A stretch of 64,000 nt of DNA from an uncultured Acidobacteriaceae bacterium (GCA_963804135.1 CAWDPH010000008.1:87741-151740), one strand, 5' to 3'; counted from the stretch's first letter, positions 7,906 to 16,870 are shown. Notes: a model not told the origin generated them from the letters alone. A program made the numbers and translations.

Positions 7906-9012
7906 ATGATGAATCGCATGATCGTCGGGAATTTGGTGCATCGGCCGGTACGCTCGCTGATCAGCATTGTGGCGGTGGCGCTGGAAGTCGCGATGATTCT
8001 GCTGATTGTCGGGTTCTCGCTGGGGATGCTGCAAGACTCACGCACGCGGACTGCGGGCATCGGGGCGGATGTGATCGTGCTGCCCCCGGGATCGTCTTTC
8101 ATCGCCGGGCTGACCGGCAGCCCGATGCCGATCAAGGTGGCCGGCGTTCTGGCCAAACTGCCGCACGTGGAACATGTCGCTCCGGTGATCACGCAGGTCT
8201 CGACCTCCGGCGCGCTGGAGATCATCGCCGGAATCGATCTGCCGAGTTACGAGAGCATGTCGGGCGGCTTTCACTATCTGAAGGGCGGTCCGTTCCAGGG
8301 GCCGAATGATGTGCTGGTCGACGATTTGTTTGCCCAGTCCAAGCACTCCAAAGTCGGCGACACGATCGAGATCCTCAATAACCCGTTCCACATCTGCGGC
8401 ATTGTCGAACGCGGCAAGGGTGGACGAAAATTCCTTCCCCTGAGCACCTTGCAGGATCTGACCGGCGGCAAGGATAAGGCCTCGGTCATGTACCTCAAGC
8501 TCGACGATCCCGCGAACGCGGATGCGGTGGTGGACGAGATCAAGCAGGTGCCGGGGATGGAACGCTACGTCGCCAGTTCGATGGCCACCTATCTTTCGAT
8601 GATGACCCCGACTCACATTCCCGGCCTTTCGACCTTTATCGATGTGGTGATCGGGATTGCGGTGGTCATCGGGGTCCTGGTGATTTTTCAGGCGATGTAT
8701 ACGGCGGTGATGGAGCGGACGCGCGAAATCGGCATTCTGAAATCGATGGGCGCGTCGAAGCCCTATATCGTAAACGTAGTGCTGCGGGAAACGGCGCTGC
8801 TGGCGGTGGGAGGCATCCTGCTGGGCATCGTCGCGAGCGTGGTGGCCCGGAGCCTGATTCATAATCGGCTGCCCCTCACGCCCATGGTACTGGCCGGGGC
8901 ATGGGTTGCGCGGGCTGCCTTGATTGCTCTGGCCAGCGCGGTCGCCGGTGCGCTGTATCCGGCGTTCAAGGCGGCGCAGAAGGATCCCATCGACGCGCTG
9001 GCTTACGAGTAG
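7906..9012 (+). CDS. ABC transporter permease, MacB/LolC/FtsX family
   Basis: 368 aa. N-terminal TM, large periplasmic domain, C-terminal FtsX-type TM bundle (REIGILKSMGASK motif). Confidence 0.85.
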   Translation: MMNRMIVGNLVHRPVRSLISIVAVALEVAMILLIVGFSLGMLQDSRTRTAGIGADVIVLPPGSSFIAGLTGSPMPIKVAGVLAKLPHVEHVAPVITQVSTSGALEIIAGIDLPSYESMSGGFHYLKGGPFQGPNDVLVDDLFAQSKHSKVGDTIEILNNPFHICGIVERGKGGRKFLPLSTLQDLTGGKDKASVMYLKLDDPANADAVVDEIKQVPGMERYVASSMATYLSMMTPTHIPGLSTFIDVVIGIAVVIGVLVIFQAMYTAVMERTREIGILKSMGASKPYIVNVVLRETALLAVGGILLGIVASVVARSLIHNRLPLTPMVLAGAWVARAALIALASAVAGALYPAFKAAQKDPIDALAYE

Positions 9013-9131
9013 GGGGCGCCACTCTTCGTTTTCGCTTTCAATTCGCCCCATGGGTAGGGGCTCTTTCCTCTCTAATAATTTTGCTCGCAAATCGGCAGAG
9101 AATGCACGATACTGCCGGTGAAACTGCGCCG

Positions 9132-9140
9132 TGCTATAAT
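9132..9140 (+). promoter_or_regulatory. extended -10 promoter element TGCTATAAT upstream of the H1-like gene
   Basis: TGnTATAAT at 9132-9140, about 105 nt upstream of the ATG at 9246. No good -35, as expected for extended -10 promoters. Confidence 0.4.
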
Positions 9141-9245
9141 CGCGCGCCGGTACGCAGAAACAGTGCAGTTTCGCAGCCGGTTGTCCTAATTCCCTGGCCC
9201 TGCTCGCGAATGCGCGCGGGTGACCGCAAATACGCAGGAGGAGAT

Positions 9246-9680
9246 ATGCGCTTCGATGATCCGACTCTGTATGGTCGGGACGATGAGACGGATGAGTTCA
9301 GCGACAGCGGCGCCTATGGCGAATCGCTGGAAGAAGATCTAGACGAAGAAGAAGAAGAGGAAGAAGAACCAGCCCTGGTGGAGGAAGACGACGAACTTCC
9401 CGCGCCTTTGGTACGGGAGCCCGTGGCAACACCCGCACCCGTAACTCCGTCGGGCGGCGGCGGCCAGGGTGGGCCGCCTAAGAAGAAGGCGCCTGCCAAG
9501 AAAGCCCCCGTCAAGAAGGCTCCTGCCAAGAAAAAGGCGGCAAAGAAGCCGGCCAAGAAAGCGGCCAAAAAGCCGGCCGCCAAGAAAAAGGCCAAACCCG
9601 CGAAGAAGAAAAAAGCGGCGAAGAAGCCGGCCCGGAAAGCGGCAAAGAAGAAAGGCACCCGCAAGAAAGGCCGCCGTTAA
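9246..9680 (+). CDS. histone H1-like Lys/Ala/Pro-rich DNA-binding protein with acidic N-terminal half
   Basis: ATG at 9246 with AGGAGGAG upstream; the 5' part of the track ORF from 8901 overlaps the permease. Poly-Glu block followed by KKAPAKKAPVKKAPAKKKAAKKPAKKAAKK repeats. Confidence 0.7.
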   Translation: MRFDDPTLYGRDDETDEFSDSGAYGESLEEDLDEEEEEEEEPALVEEDDELPAPLVREPVATPAPVTPSGGGGQGGPPKKKAPAKKAPVKKAPAKKKAAKKPAKKAAKKPAAKKKAKPAKKKKAAKKPARKAAKKKGTRKKGRR

Positions 9681-9703
9681 CGACTCACGCTAGCCACTAA
9701 AAT

Positions 9704-9731
9704 GATGGCGGAAGCTCGGGCTTCCGCCATC
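9704..9731. terminator. intrinsic terminator hairpin between convergent genes
   Basis: Perfect 12-bp stem GATGGCGGAAGC/GCTTCCGCCATC with loop TCGG. On the minus strand it is followed directly by ATTTTAG (good for the RidA gene). On the plus strand the T-run is 7 nt away (weaker). Confidence 0.65.
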
Positions 9732-9735
9732 TCAC

Positions 9736-10131
9736 TCATTTTTCTTCTTGCACGATCGCTTCCGCTTCGATCTCCACCAGCATTTCTGGAGACACCAGCG
9801 CCGTGATCGCCATCATGGCGCTCGCGGGACGAATGTCGCGGAAGAACTCGCCGTGCGCTTTTCCAACTTTTTCCCAATCCGCAATGTTGGTAAGGAACAC
9901 GCGCGTGCGTACCACATCTTTCAGGGAAGCTCCGGCACGCTCCAGCGCGCGTTCAATGTTGTTGATGGTCTGAACGGCTTGCGCGTACGCATCGCCTGTA
10001 CCGACGAGTTTTCCGTCGACGCCAGTTGCGGTTGTGCCTGCAACATGAATGTGTGCACCGACACGAACCGCACGGGAGTAACCGACGATCGGCTCCCACG
10101 GCGTTCCGGTTGAAATGTTGATTCGCTCCAC
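9736..10131 (-). CDS. RidA/YjgF/TdcF-family (Rid) protein
   Basis: GTG at 10131 with GGAGG 4 nt upstream gives about 131 aa ([22 protein letters not shown]...). The longer ORF to 10263 adds a non-homologous extension. Confidence 0.85.
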   Translation of the reverse strand: MERINISTGTPWEPIVGYSRAVRVGAHIHVAGTTATGVDGKLVGTGDAYAQAVQTINNIERALERAGASLKDVVRTRVFLTNIADWEKVGKAHGEFFRDIRPASAMMAITALVSPEMLVEIEAEAIVQEEK

Positions 10132-10396
10132 TCTGCCTCCGCTCTTCTTGGTGTTTCTTTGTAAATAGATTCCGAAACCCAATTTTTCGATCCACGTGAT
10201 GCGAAAATTAGCAGCCGCCTGCCTTGGCTGCCAGCAGATACACGCGAACGCCGCGCCCCACACGGACGTCTAATGACATAGTGGCTCAATGGTCACTTGC
10301 ATTGATCGTCGATTCACGGTATTTAATCCGCACGAGTTCTTGTTCCGATGGGAATAGGAATAAGAGAGGCCGGGGTTAGGGAAGGAAGTCGGGGCC

Positions 10397-10951
10397 ATGG
10401 AGATTCCGGAGACGCATCCGCTACAGCAGTTGTTTGTTGAACTGGTCGGACGCCACTATGCCCAGGAGATTGGAATTCGCGATCCGCAAGTGGTGAGTTA
10501 TGTCGCGCATCTGCTGTCGGAGTTTTGCGATGCCGAGCAGTTGTTGAAAATTCGCAATGCGGCCGGGAAGCCCCTGAACGATGTGGGCGAGATGCTGATC
10601 GAGTCGGACCCGATCTACGGCCCGGCGCCCTCGTTCGACCGCGAGCGCCAGGTGCGCAAGCATATCGGCGACTTTACGCTGTTCTACGCCGGCATGTTTC
10701 CGGAGAGCATCAACCACTATCGCCTGCGCCGCCAGCGCGTGGAAAATTTCGTGGATTGGGTGAAAGCGGGCAAAGAAAGCTACTACATCGTCTCCAAGTT
10801 CGAAGACTTCGAATACGCCAAGGTGGCGCCGCTGTTCGCGCAACTGTCGCAGAGATTCGAGCAGTGCGTGTATGGACTGAACCTGGTGAAGAACGAGCTT
10901 GAAGTGATGCAGCACCCGATCGCGCGGAGAACGAACGAATTGCTGATGTAG
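10397..10951 (+). CDS. conserved hypothetical protein
   Basis: 184 aa with AAGGAAG upstream and coding-like composition. No motif I can name. Confidence 0.55.
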   Translation: MEIPETHPLQQLFVELVGRHYAQEIGIRDPQVVSYVAHLLSEFCDAEQLLKIRNAAGKPLNDVGEMLIESDPIYGPAPSFDRERQVRKHIGDFTLFYAGMFPESINHYRLRRQRVENFVDWVKAGKESYYIVSKFEDFEYAKVAPLFAQLSQRFEQCVYGLNLVKNELEVMQHPIARRTNELLM

Positions 10952-10953
10952 GA

Positions 10954-11440
10954 GAAGTCAGAAGTCAGAAGTCAGATTGAAGAAGTAAAACCCTTTGCCG
11001 TTCGGACGGACGCTACAAAGATAGCTACCAGTTCCTTGGCCTCCTGAACTATTTCTTGCAACTTTGCCTCGGGGAAGATTCCAGCATCCCGCATCACCTC
11101 CAACCAGAACGCTGTTTCGTCGGCTTCTTCCAGTACAATACCGAGTTTCGCGACGAATTCCGCACGAGAGCGGGCTCGGCAAGCGGCGCGGTAGTTAGCC
11201 CCAATCGAAGTACCCGAGCGAAGGAGTTGCTTACCTAATATTCGAGCCTCATCAGTCTTGGGCAGCGAGCGAAATAGTTTGATGATGCGTAGTGCAAAGT
11301 TTCTTGTCCGCTCCTGCAGTTTCTCAAAGTGTTCCACCCCTGAGATCTAACGCCTGCCCCGCTCAATTCGCAGCGACTCTTCGCACACTCAAATTGGTCG
11401 GTTTTACTTCTTCAATTTGAGTTCTGACTTTTGACTTTTC
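10954..11440. mobile_element. Inverted-repeat-flanked cassette carrying the four-helix-bundle gene
   Basis: Left arm is GAAGTCAGAAGTCAGAAGTCAGATTGAAGAAGTAAAAC (10954-10991). The right arm (11401-11440) reverse-complements to GAAAAGTCAAAAGTCAGAACTCAAATTGAAGAAGTAAAAC. Inserted between convergent genes. Confidence 0.55.
10972..11337 (-). CDS. four-helix-bundle protein (TIGR02436 family; former 23S rRNA intervening-sequence protein)
   Basis: 121 aa. LLRSGTSIGANYRAACRARSRAEFVAKLGIVLEEADETAFWLEV is the family signature. Confidence 0.85.
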   Translation of the reverse strand: MEHFEKLQERTRNFALRIIKLFRSLPKTDEARILGKQLLRSGTSIGANYRAACRARSRAEFVAKLGIVLEEADETAFWLEVMRDAGIFPEAKLQEIVQEAKELVAIFVASVRTAKGFTSSI

Positions 11441-12033
11441 ACCATTCGCCGGCCGGCGATTTCGAAGTTTCCTTCCAACACAATCCTGATCGCCTCCGTG
11501 TAAGCAATGTGTTCCTGCTCAAGAATTCGCGCCGCCAGCGTGTGCTCGTCATCGGAGTCCAGCACAGGGACAGTTTTCTGCACAACGATGGCGCCGTGAT
11601 CGAGTTCTTCGTCCACAAAATGCACCGTGCAGCCGGACACTCTTACGCCATAGGCGAAGGCCTGCTGCTGGGCTTCGAGTCCCGGGAAGGATGGCAGTAA
11701 GGACGGATGGATATTGAGAATTTTCGCCGGGAACTGCCGCACGAACCAGGGCGAGAGCAGGCGCATGTAACCGGCGAGGCAGATGAGATCGACTTTGTTG
11801 TCCAGAAGCGCAGCCACAACTTCGCGGTCGTGCTGCTCGCGCGGCTTGTTTTTCGATGCAATGACGAGCGCGTTGAGCCCTCGCTGGCGAGCGGTTTCGA
11901 CGCCGAGAGCATCGGCACGGTTCGAAATCACGACCGCGATGCGGGTGTCGGGTATCCGGCCAGCCGCAATGCTGTCGGCGATGGCCACAAAGTTCGAGCC
12001 GCGTCCGGAAAGCAGAATGCCGAGGTTTTTCAT
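11404..12033 (-). CDS. purN: phosphoribosylglycinamide formyltransferase
   Basis: MKNLGILLSGRGSNF start (ATG at 12033; the track start at 12042 is TTG). NIHPSLLPSFPG motif. The last ~11 codons (KSQKSELKLKK) lie in the repeat arm. Confidence 0.9.
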   Translation of the reverse strand: MKNLGILLSGRGSNFVAIADSIAAGRIPDTRIAVVISNRADALGVETARQRGLNALVIASKNKPREQHDREVVAALLDNKVDLICLAGYMRLLSPWFVRQFPAKILNIHPSLLPSFPGLEAQQQAFAYGVRVSGCTVHFVDEELDHGAIVVQKTVPVLDSDDEHTLAARILEQEHIAYTEAIRIVLEGNFEIAGRRMVKSQKSELKLKK

Positions 12034-12102
12034 ACAAGACAATGACCGGGCTTCATAAAAGGGGTCGATAAAAGCTAAGCGCCAAAAGCTAGAAGCCCGT
12101 TC

Positions 12103-13230
12103 CTAGCTGAACATCACCTTGCGATCGCCCTTGACGATGCGGCCGACGCTGTAGAACTTTTCCCCGGCGCGTTCCAGCAGGGTCTGCGCTTTCTTGAACT
12201 TCTTGGCGGGAACCACGATTAGCATGCCGAGGCCCATATTAAAGGTGCGAAGCATTTCTTCCTCGGCGACGTTGCCAAGTTTCTGCAAATGCTCAAAGAT
12301 GGGCAGAACCGGCCAAGTGCCGCGTTCGATCACGGCCGACGTGCCTTTGGGCAGCACGCGGGGCAGGTTTTCGGTGATGCCGCCGCCGGTGATATGCGCC
12401 AGCGCCGCGACACAGTCGCCCGCGATCATCTTGCGAATGATCGGCCAGTAGCTGCGATGGGTCCGCATGAGTTCGTTGCCGACCTTGTTCTTGATCTCGC
12501 TGACAAAAGTTTCCAGAGAATAGCCGGCGACGTCAAAGAGCAGTTTGCGAGCCAGCGAGTATCCGTTGGTGTGCAGGCCGTTGGAGGGCAAGCCGAGAAC
12601 GCAATCCCCCACCTGCACGTCTTTGCCGCTGATGACGCGGTCGCGTTCCACTACTCCAACGATGAATCCGGCAAGGTCGTACTCGCCATCGGGATAAAAC
12701 CCCGGCATTTCGGCGGTCTCGCCGCCGATCAGGGCGCAGCCGTTATGCTTGCAGGCTTCGGCCAGTCCGCCGACAACTTTTTCGGCGATCTCCGGATCCA
12801 GGGTTCCGGTGGCCAGGTAGTCCATGAAAAACAACGGCGCCGCACCCTGCACCGCGATGTCGTTGACACAGTGATTCACCAGGTCGCCGCCGACGGTGTG
12901 ATGCATGCTCATGTCGAAGGCGACTTTCAACTTGGTGCCCACGCCATCGACGCTCGAAACCAGCACTGGATCCAAATACTTTTTATCGACCGAAAACAAC
13001 CCGCCGAATCCGCCAATCTCGCTCAGCACTCCCTTGGTGAAGGTTTTGTGGGCCAGATACTTGATGCGTTGCTTGGTGCGGTTGCCACGATCGATGCTGA
13101 CACCGGCATCGGCGTAGGTGATCGGGTCGGCTGGGAGGTTGGGATTCTGGGCCACTTTTTTGTCCGTCGTTGTTAGTCCGTCATTACCAGGGTGGAAAGA
13201 TCGGGTGCGCCACCCAGCCGGAGGAAGCAT
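12103..13230 (-). CDS. purM: phosphoribosylformylglycinamidine cyclo-ligase (AIR synthetase)
   Basis: ITYADAGVSID, DGVGTK, GGETAEMPG motifs. Start is uncertain (ATG 13230, or internal GTG near 13155). The track ORF up to 13587 overlaps the next gene's start. Confidence 0.9.
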   Translation of the reverse strand: MLPPAGWRTRSFHPGNDGLTTTDKKVAQNPNLPADPITYADAGVSIDRGNRTKQRIKYLAHKTFTKGVLSEIGGFGGLFSVDKKYLDPVLVSSVDGVGTKLKVAFDMSMHHTVGGDLVNHCVNDIAVQGAAPLFFMDYLATGTLDPEIAEKVVGGLAEACKHNGCALIGGETAEMPGFYPDGEYDLAGFIVGVVERDRVISGKDVQVGDCVLGLPSNGLHTNGYSLARKLLFDVAGYSLETFVSEIKNKVGNELMRTHRSYWPIIRKMIAGDCVAALAHITGGGITENLPRVLPKGTSAVIERGTWPVLPIFEHLQKLGNVAEEEMLRTFNMGLGMLIVVPAKKFKKAQTLLERAGEKFYSVGRIVKGDRKVMFS

Positions 13231-13369
13231 TTCAGGCGCAACAAATTTTAGCACGTCTGGACTTGCCTCCGGCGGGCCGGGGTGGGTAGACCTCGGACAA
13301 GGCTTTTCCAGGCGCAAGGGCGAACTCGCTTTATAATGCTGGTCCAACTCTTTTCTTCCGGAGACAAGC

Positions 13370-15010
13370 ATGAGGATTCTGGCAGTTCTTCTTTTCGCCG
13401 TGCTGACGATTCCGTTTACGGTTGCGCAGCAAAACCAGGACACCACGCCCGAGAGCGCGAAGCAGGCCGCATCCAAGAAAGATAAGAAGCAGGCAACGCC
13501 TGCGAGTGCCGCAACTCCAGATAAGACGGCGGAGAGCGGCAAGACCGCCGAGCCGGCCAAAACCGACGCGAGCGAAGCGGCGGACAAGGAAGAACATTAC
13601 GATGTCGCGGAAGTCCCGCCCGTAATCACGCATCACCAGATCACGCTCAACGGCAAGGCTCTCAGCTATACGGCGACGGCCGGCCGGCTCCCCATCAAGC
13701 GCGACGACGGCAAGACGGAAGCGGAAATGTTTTTCGTCGCTTATACGCTTGACGGACAGGATGCGGCAAAGCGTCCGCTGACGTTCTCGTTCAACGGCGG
13801 CCCCGGATCCGCATCGGTGTGGCTGCACATGGGGGCGCTCGGACCGAAGCGCGTGGTCCTGCAGGCGAATGGCTTCATGCCGGCAGCGCCTTACCGTCTG
13901 GAAGACAATCCCGACACGCTGCTCGACCGCAGTGACATCGTCATGGTGGATGCCATGGCCACGGGCTATTCACGGGCCGCAAACGCCGAACTTACGAAAA
14001 AGTTTCTGGGCGTAAAAGGCGATGTACAGGCCTTTGGAGAATTCATCCGCCTCTACATTTCCCGCTACGATCGTTGGAGTTCTCCGCTGTTCCTGCTGGG
14101 GGAAAGTTACGGCACGACGCGCGCCGCCGGCATTGCCGGATATCTGGCGGATCACGGCATCGCTTTCAACGGCGTGACCTTGCTTTCGATGGCCCTGGAT
14201 TTCCAGACATTGGAATGGAACAAATCGAACGACCTGCCCTATTTTCTGCTGGTACCCACGTTCAACATGATCGCGGGCTATCATCGCAAGCTGGCTGCCG
14301 ATCTCACGCAGGATGTGGCGAAAACGCGGGAGGAGGTCGTGCACTGGTCGTCCAATGATTACGCGCTCGCTCTGGGCAAAGGCGACGCCATGACGCCGGA
14401 AGAACATCGCAAGATTGTCGACCAACTGTCACGCTACATCGGGCTGCGGCCAGAAGTGATCGAAGCGCACAACCTGCGGATCGACGTTCCCACCTTCACC
14501 AAAGAGTTGCTGCTCGATCAGAAACTGGTTGTCGGGCGCCTGGATGGCCGCTTCAGCAGCCCTAATCCCGACGGCGATCATTCCTATGATCCGACCGGCG
14601 CCGCCATTCTGCCGCCCTACACTTCGGCATTCAACAACTACCTGCGCACCGAACTGAACTACAAGTCCGACATGCCCTACCGGGTGTTCGCCTACGACCA
14701 ACCCGGTTTCCAGAAGTGGGAGTGGGGCAATGCCGTGGAAGGCTTTCCCAGCACGGCGGGCGGACTGCGATCGGCCATGATCAAGAATCCTTATATGAAG
14801 ATTCTGGTGATGGAAGGCTACTATGACCTGGCTACGCCGTTTGCCGCAGCGAATTGGACGATGGATCACCTGGACCTCGGCGCGCAGTCTCGCCAGAATA
14901 TTTCCTACGCCACCTACAAGTCGGGACACATGGTTTATGTCGATCGCGCCGAGCATGACAAGATGAAAAAAGATCTGGTGGAATTCATGGAGAAGTGCCT
15001 GCCGAGGTGA
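13370..15010 (+). CDS. S10-family serine carboxypeptidase, secreted
   Basis: Signal peptide; FNGGPGSASVWLHMG and LLGESYGT (catalytic Ser) motifs. GGAGA RBS; TATAAT at 13332-13337. Confidence 0.85.
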   Translation: MRILAVLLFAVLTIPFTVAQQNQDTTPESAKQAASKKDKKQATPASAATPDKTAESGKTAEPAKTDASEAADKEEHYDVAEVPPVITHHQITLNGKALSYTATAGRLPIKRDDGKTEAEMFFVAYTLDGQDAAKRPLTFSFNGGPGSASVWLHMGALGPKRVVLQANGFMPAAPYRLEDNPDTLLDRSDIVMVDAMATGYSRAANAELTKKFLGVKGDVQAFGEFIRLYISRYDRWSSPLFLLGESYGTTRAAGIAGYLADHGIAFNGVTLLSMALDFQTLEWNKSNDLPYFLLVPTFNMIAGYHRKLAADLTQDVAKTREEVVHWSSNDYALALGKGDAMTPEEHRKIVDQLSRYIGLRPEVIEAHNLRIDVPTFTKELLLDQKLVVGRLDGRFSSPNPDGDHSYDPTGAAILPPYTSAFNNYLRTELNYKSDMPYRVFAYDQPGFQKWEWGNAVEGFPSTAGGLRSAMIKNPYMKILVMEGYYDLATPFAAANWTMDHLDLGAQSRQNISYATYKSGHMVYVDRAEHDKMKKDLVEFMEKCLPR

Positions 15011-15014
15011 GAAA

Positions 15015-15165
15015 GGTCAGGTCTCAGGTCTTAGGTCTCAGGTCAGTTCTCAAGTCAGTTCTCAGTTGAACCTTAGATGCGCAGCGGTGCCAGGAGAAAT
15101 CCGGCACTGGGCAGGTCGTGTTGGTTTCCCTGACACCTGAGACCTAAGACCTAAGACCTAAGACC
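15015..15165. repeat. Family-D inverted-repeat element (GGTCAG/GGTCTYAG word arms)
   Basis: GGTCAGGTCTCAGGTCTTAGGTCTCAGGTCAG (15015-15046) versus CTGACACCTGAGACCTAAGACCTAAGACCTAAGACC (15130-15165). Confidence 0.8.
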
Positions 15166-15180
15166 TTTAATGCTGAACGC

Positions 15181-16047
15181 ATGCGCGCCGCCGTCATCTT
15201 CGGGTTGGGAACCTCGCCGGCTGACTTGAAGCTGTTTCAAGCTGGCTCGGCAACCGGGTGGTCGCAGGGACTGCCCACTTCTACTGGCGACGCCGATGCC
15301 ATCCTGATCTTTGGCGGGGACGGCACGATCCATCGTCATCTTCCGGCGCTGGTACGGCTCAAGCTTCCGGTGCTGATTGTTCCCTCCGGCAGTGGAAACG
15401 ATTTTGCCCGCGCGCTCAAATTGCGTTCGATGCGAGACTCGTTGCGCCTCTGGCGTGATTTTGAATCGGGGAAAATGAGCGCGCGGCCAGTCGATCTTGG
15501 GGTCATCGTGCCATCCGCCGCGCCGGAGCGCACCCACTATTTCTGCTGCGTCGCCGGGTGCGGGCTGGACTCTGCCGCGGCTCGGAGCGCCAATCGGATG
15601 CCGCGCTGGCTGCGCGGACATGGCGGCTATGCGCTGGCCCTATTGCCGCTGCTGCTCAAACTCCCGGCTGTTTCGATGTGGCTGGCACAGATCAATGGTG
15701 CAGATCGCACCGAGGCCGAGAAAACCACCTTGCTCGCCGCATTCGCCAACACCCAGTTCTATGGAGACGGCATGCGCATCGCGCCGGAAGCGGATTTTGC
15801 GGACGGTAAGCTCGATGTTTGCCGGATCGGCACGCTGAGCCCGCTTAAGCTGCTTAGCTTGTTTCCGACGGTGTACTTCGGGCGGCATCTCCTTGTACCC
15901 GAAGTTGAATACTCGCGGGCGGAGCGCGTACACCTGCAGACCGAGACTCCGATCGAGATCTACGCTGACGGGGAGTTTGTGTGTGAGACGCCCGCCGAGA
16001 TTTCCGTGGCCGCGGGCGCGCTGCGGGTGATTTGTTCGCCGCCCTAG
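15181..16047 (+). CDS. diacylglycerol/lipid kinase family protein (YegS/BmrU-like)
   Basis: ILIFGGDGTIHR and VPSGSGNDFARAL motifs of the DAGK catalytic domain. Confidence 0.8.
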   Translation: MRAAVIFGLGTSPADLKLFQAGSATGWSQGLPTSTGDADAILIFGGDGTIHRHLPALVRLKLPVLIVPSGSGNDFARALKLRSMRDSLRLWRDFESGKMSARPVDLGVIVPSAAPERTHYFCCVAGCGLDSAAARSANRMPRWLRGHGGYALALLPLLLKLPAVSMWLAQINGADRTEAEKTTLLAAFANTQFYGDGMRIAPEADFADGKLDVCRIGTLSPLKLLSLFPTVYFGRHLLVPEVEYSRAERVHLQTETPIEIYADGEFVCETPAEISVAAGALRVICSPP

Positions 16048-16073
16048 AACCGCAGCACGTCACGCAACACTCT

Positions 16074-16155
16074 GTCATCCTGAACGAAGCGAAGGACCTA
16101 TGCGGCTCGCCTGTGCCAGCAGAATGCAGAGGTCCTTCGCTTCGCTCAGGATGAC
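16074..16155. repeat. Family-B hairpin repeat (GTCATCCTGARCGAAGCGAAGGACC arms), probable bidirectional terminator
   Basis: 25-nt arms at 16074-16098 and 16131-16155 are reverse complements with one mismatch. Lies between convergent genes. Second copy at 43514-43590. Confidence 0.75.
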
Positions 16156-16174
16156 GGAGTAGATTTACGATCTC

Positions 16175-16756
16175 CTAGCGAACTCGGCCGTACCGCGCAT
16201 CGAGCGCAAGGTTCAGTTCGAGGACGTTCACGCGCGGCTCGCCCAGGAATCCCCATTGCCGGTTCTCAGAGTTTTCAAGAACCAGGCGCGCGACTTCAGC
16301 TTCCGGAATCTTGCGTTCTGACGCCACGCGCCGAATCTGGAACTGGGCCGCCGCTGGCGTGATGTCCGGGTCGAGTCCCGATCCCGATGTCGTCACCAGA
16401 TCGACCGGGATAGGAACGCCTGGATTTTCGGCTTGCAGCTTGGCAACGTCTCCGTTGACGCGGCCAATCAGCTGCGTGTTGGTCGGGCCCAGGCTCGACC
16501 CGCCCGAGGCAGTGGCGTCGTAGCCCGCGGCGCCCGCGGCGGATGGCCGCGAATGAAAGTAGCCCGGCCCGGAAAATGGCTGCCCAATCAGCCGCGAACC
16601 AATCACCACTCCATCCTTCCCGTGGATGAGTTGGCCGTTGGCCTGCTTGGGGAAGATCAACTGCGCGAGTCCGGTTACCAGCAGGGGATACAGAATTCCC
16701 AACAGCACCGTCGTCGCAATCGTCATGAGTACCGCGGTAATCAAATTCTTCTTCAT
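16175..16756 (-). CDS. kdpC: potassium-transporting ATPase subunit C
   Basis: 193 aa with an N-terminal TM helix. GSRLIGQPF, SGGSSLGPTN, VTTSGSGLDPDITP motifs. Confidence 0.95.
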   Translation of the reverse strand: MKKNLITAVLMTIATTVLLGILYPLLVTGLAQLIFPKQANGQLIHGKDGVVIGSRLIGQPFSGPGYFHSRPSAAGAAGYDATASGGSSLGPTNTQLIGRVNGDVAKLQAENPGVPIPVDLVTTSGSGLDPDITPAAAQFQIRRVASERKIPEAEVARLVLENSENRQWGFLGEPRVNVLELNLALDARYGRVR

Positions 16757-16798
16757 AGGTCTTCTCTGTAAGTGGATAGTGAACGGAAGCGAGCAGTT

Positions 16799-16870
16799 CC
16801 CTCAGGGGCTAAAGCCCGGTGTTTATGCGTCTGGTAGCGGCACGGCTGAAGCCGTGCCCTTCCCAAGACC
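16799..16870. repeat. Family-A repeat inside the kdpB-kdpC spacer
   Basis: CCTCAGGGGCTAAAGCCCGG...GCGGCACGGCTGAAGCCGTGCCCTTCCCAAGACC, same orientation as the copy at 784-849. Confidence 0.75.

Noticed and set aside
6988-9090. Two long minus-strand ORFs (348 and 350 aa) opposite the lipoprotein and FtsX permease genes
   Set aside because: The translations are Arg/His/Gln/Pro-rich low-complexity strings without motifs. The plus-strand products have clear family signatures. These are typical antisense shadow ORFs of GC-rich DNA.
12289-13176. 295-aa plus-strand ORF inside purM; similar antisense ORFs at 38581-39612 (ggt), 45190-46371, 48643-49707 (ddl) and 46738-47556 (VWA)
   Set aside because: All are antisense to genes with strong family signatures and have shadow-ORF composition.
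13231-13587. 5' extension of the purM ORF (494-aa version)
   Set aside because: The extension is hydrophobic and low-complexity, overlaps the start of the S10 peptidase gene on the other strand, and is absent from PurM proteins, which begin near ...TYADAGV.
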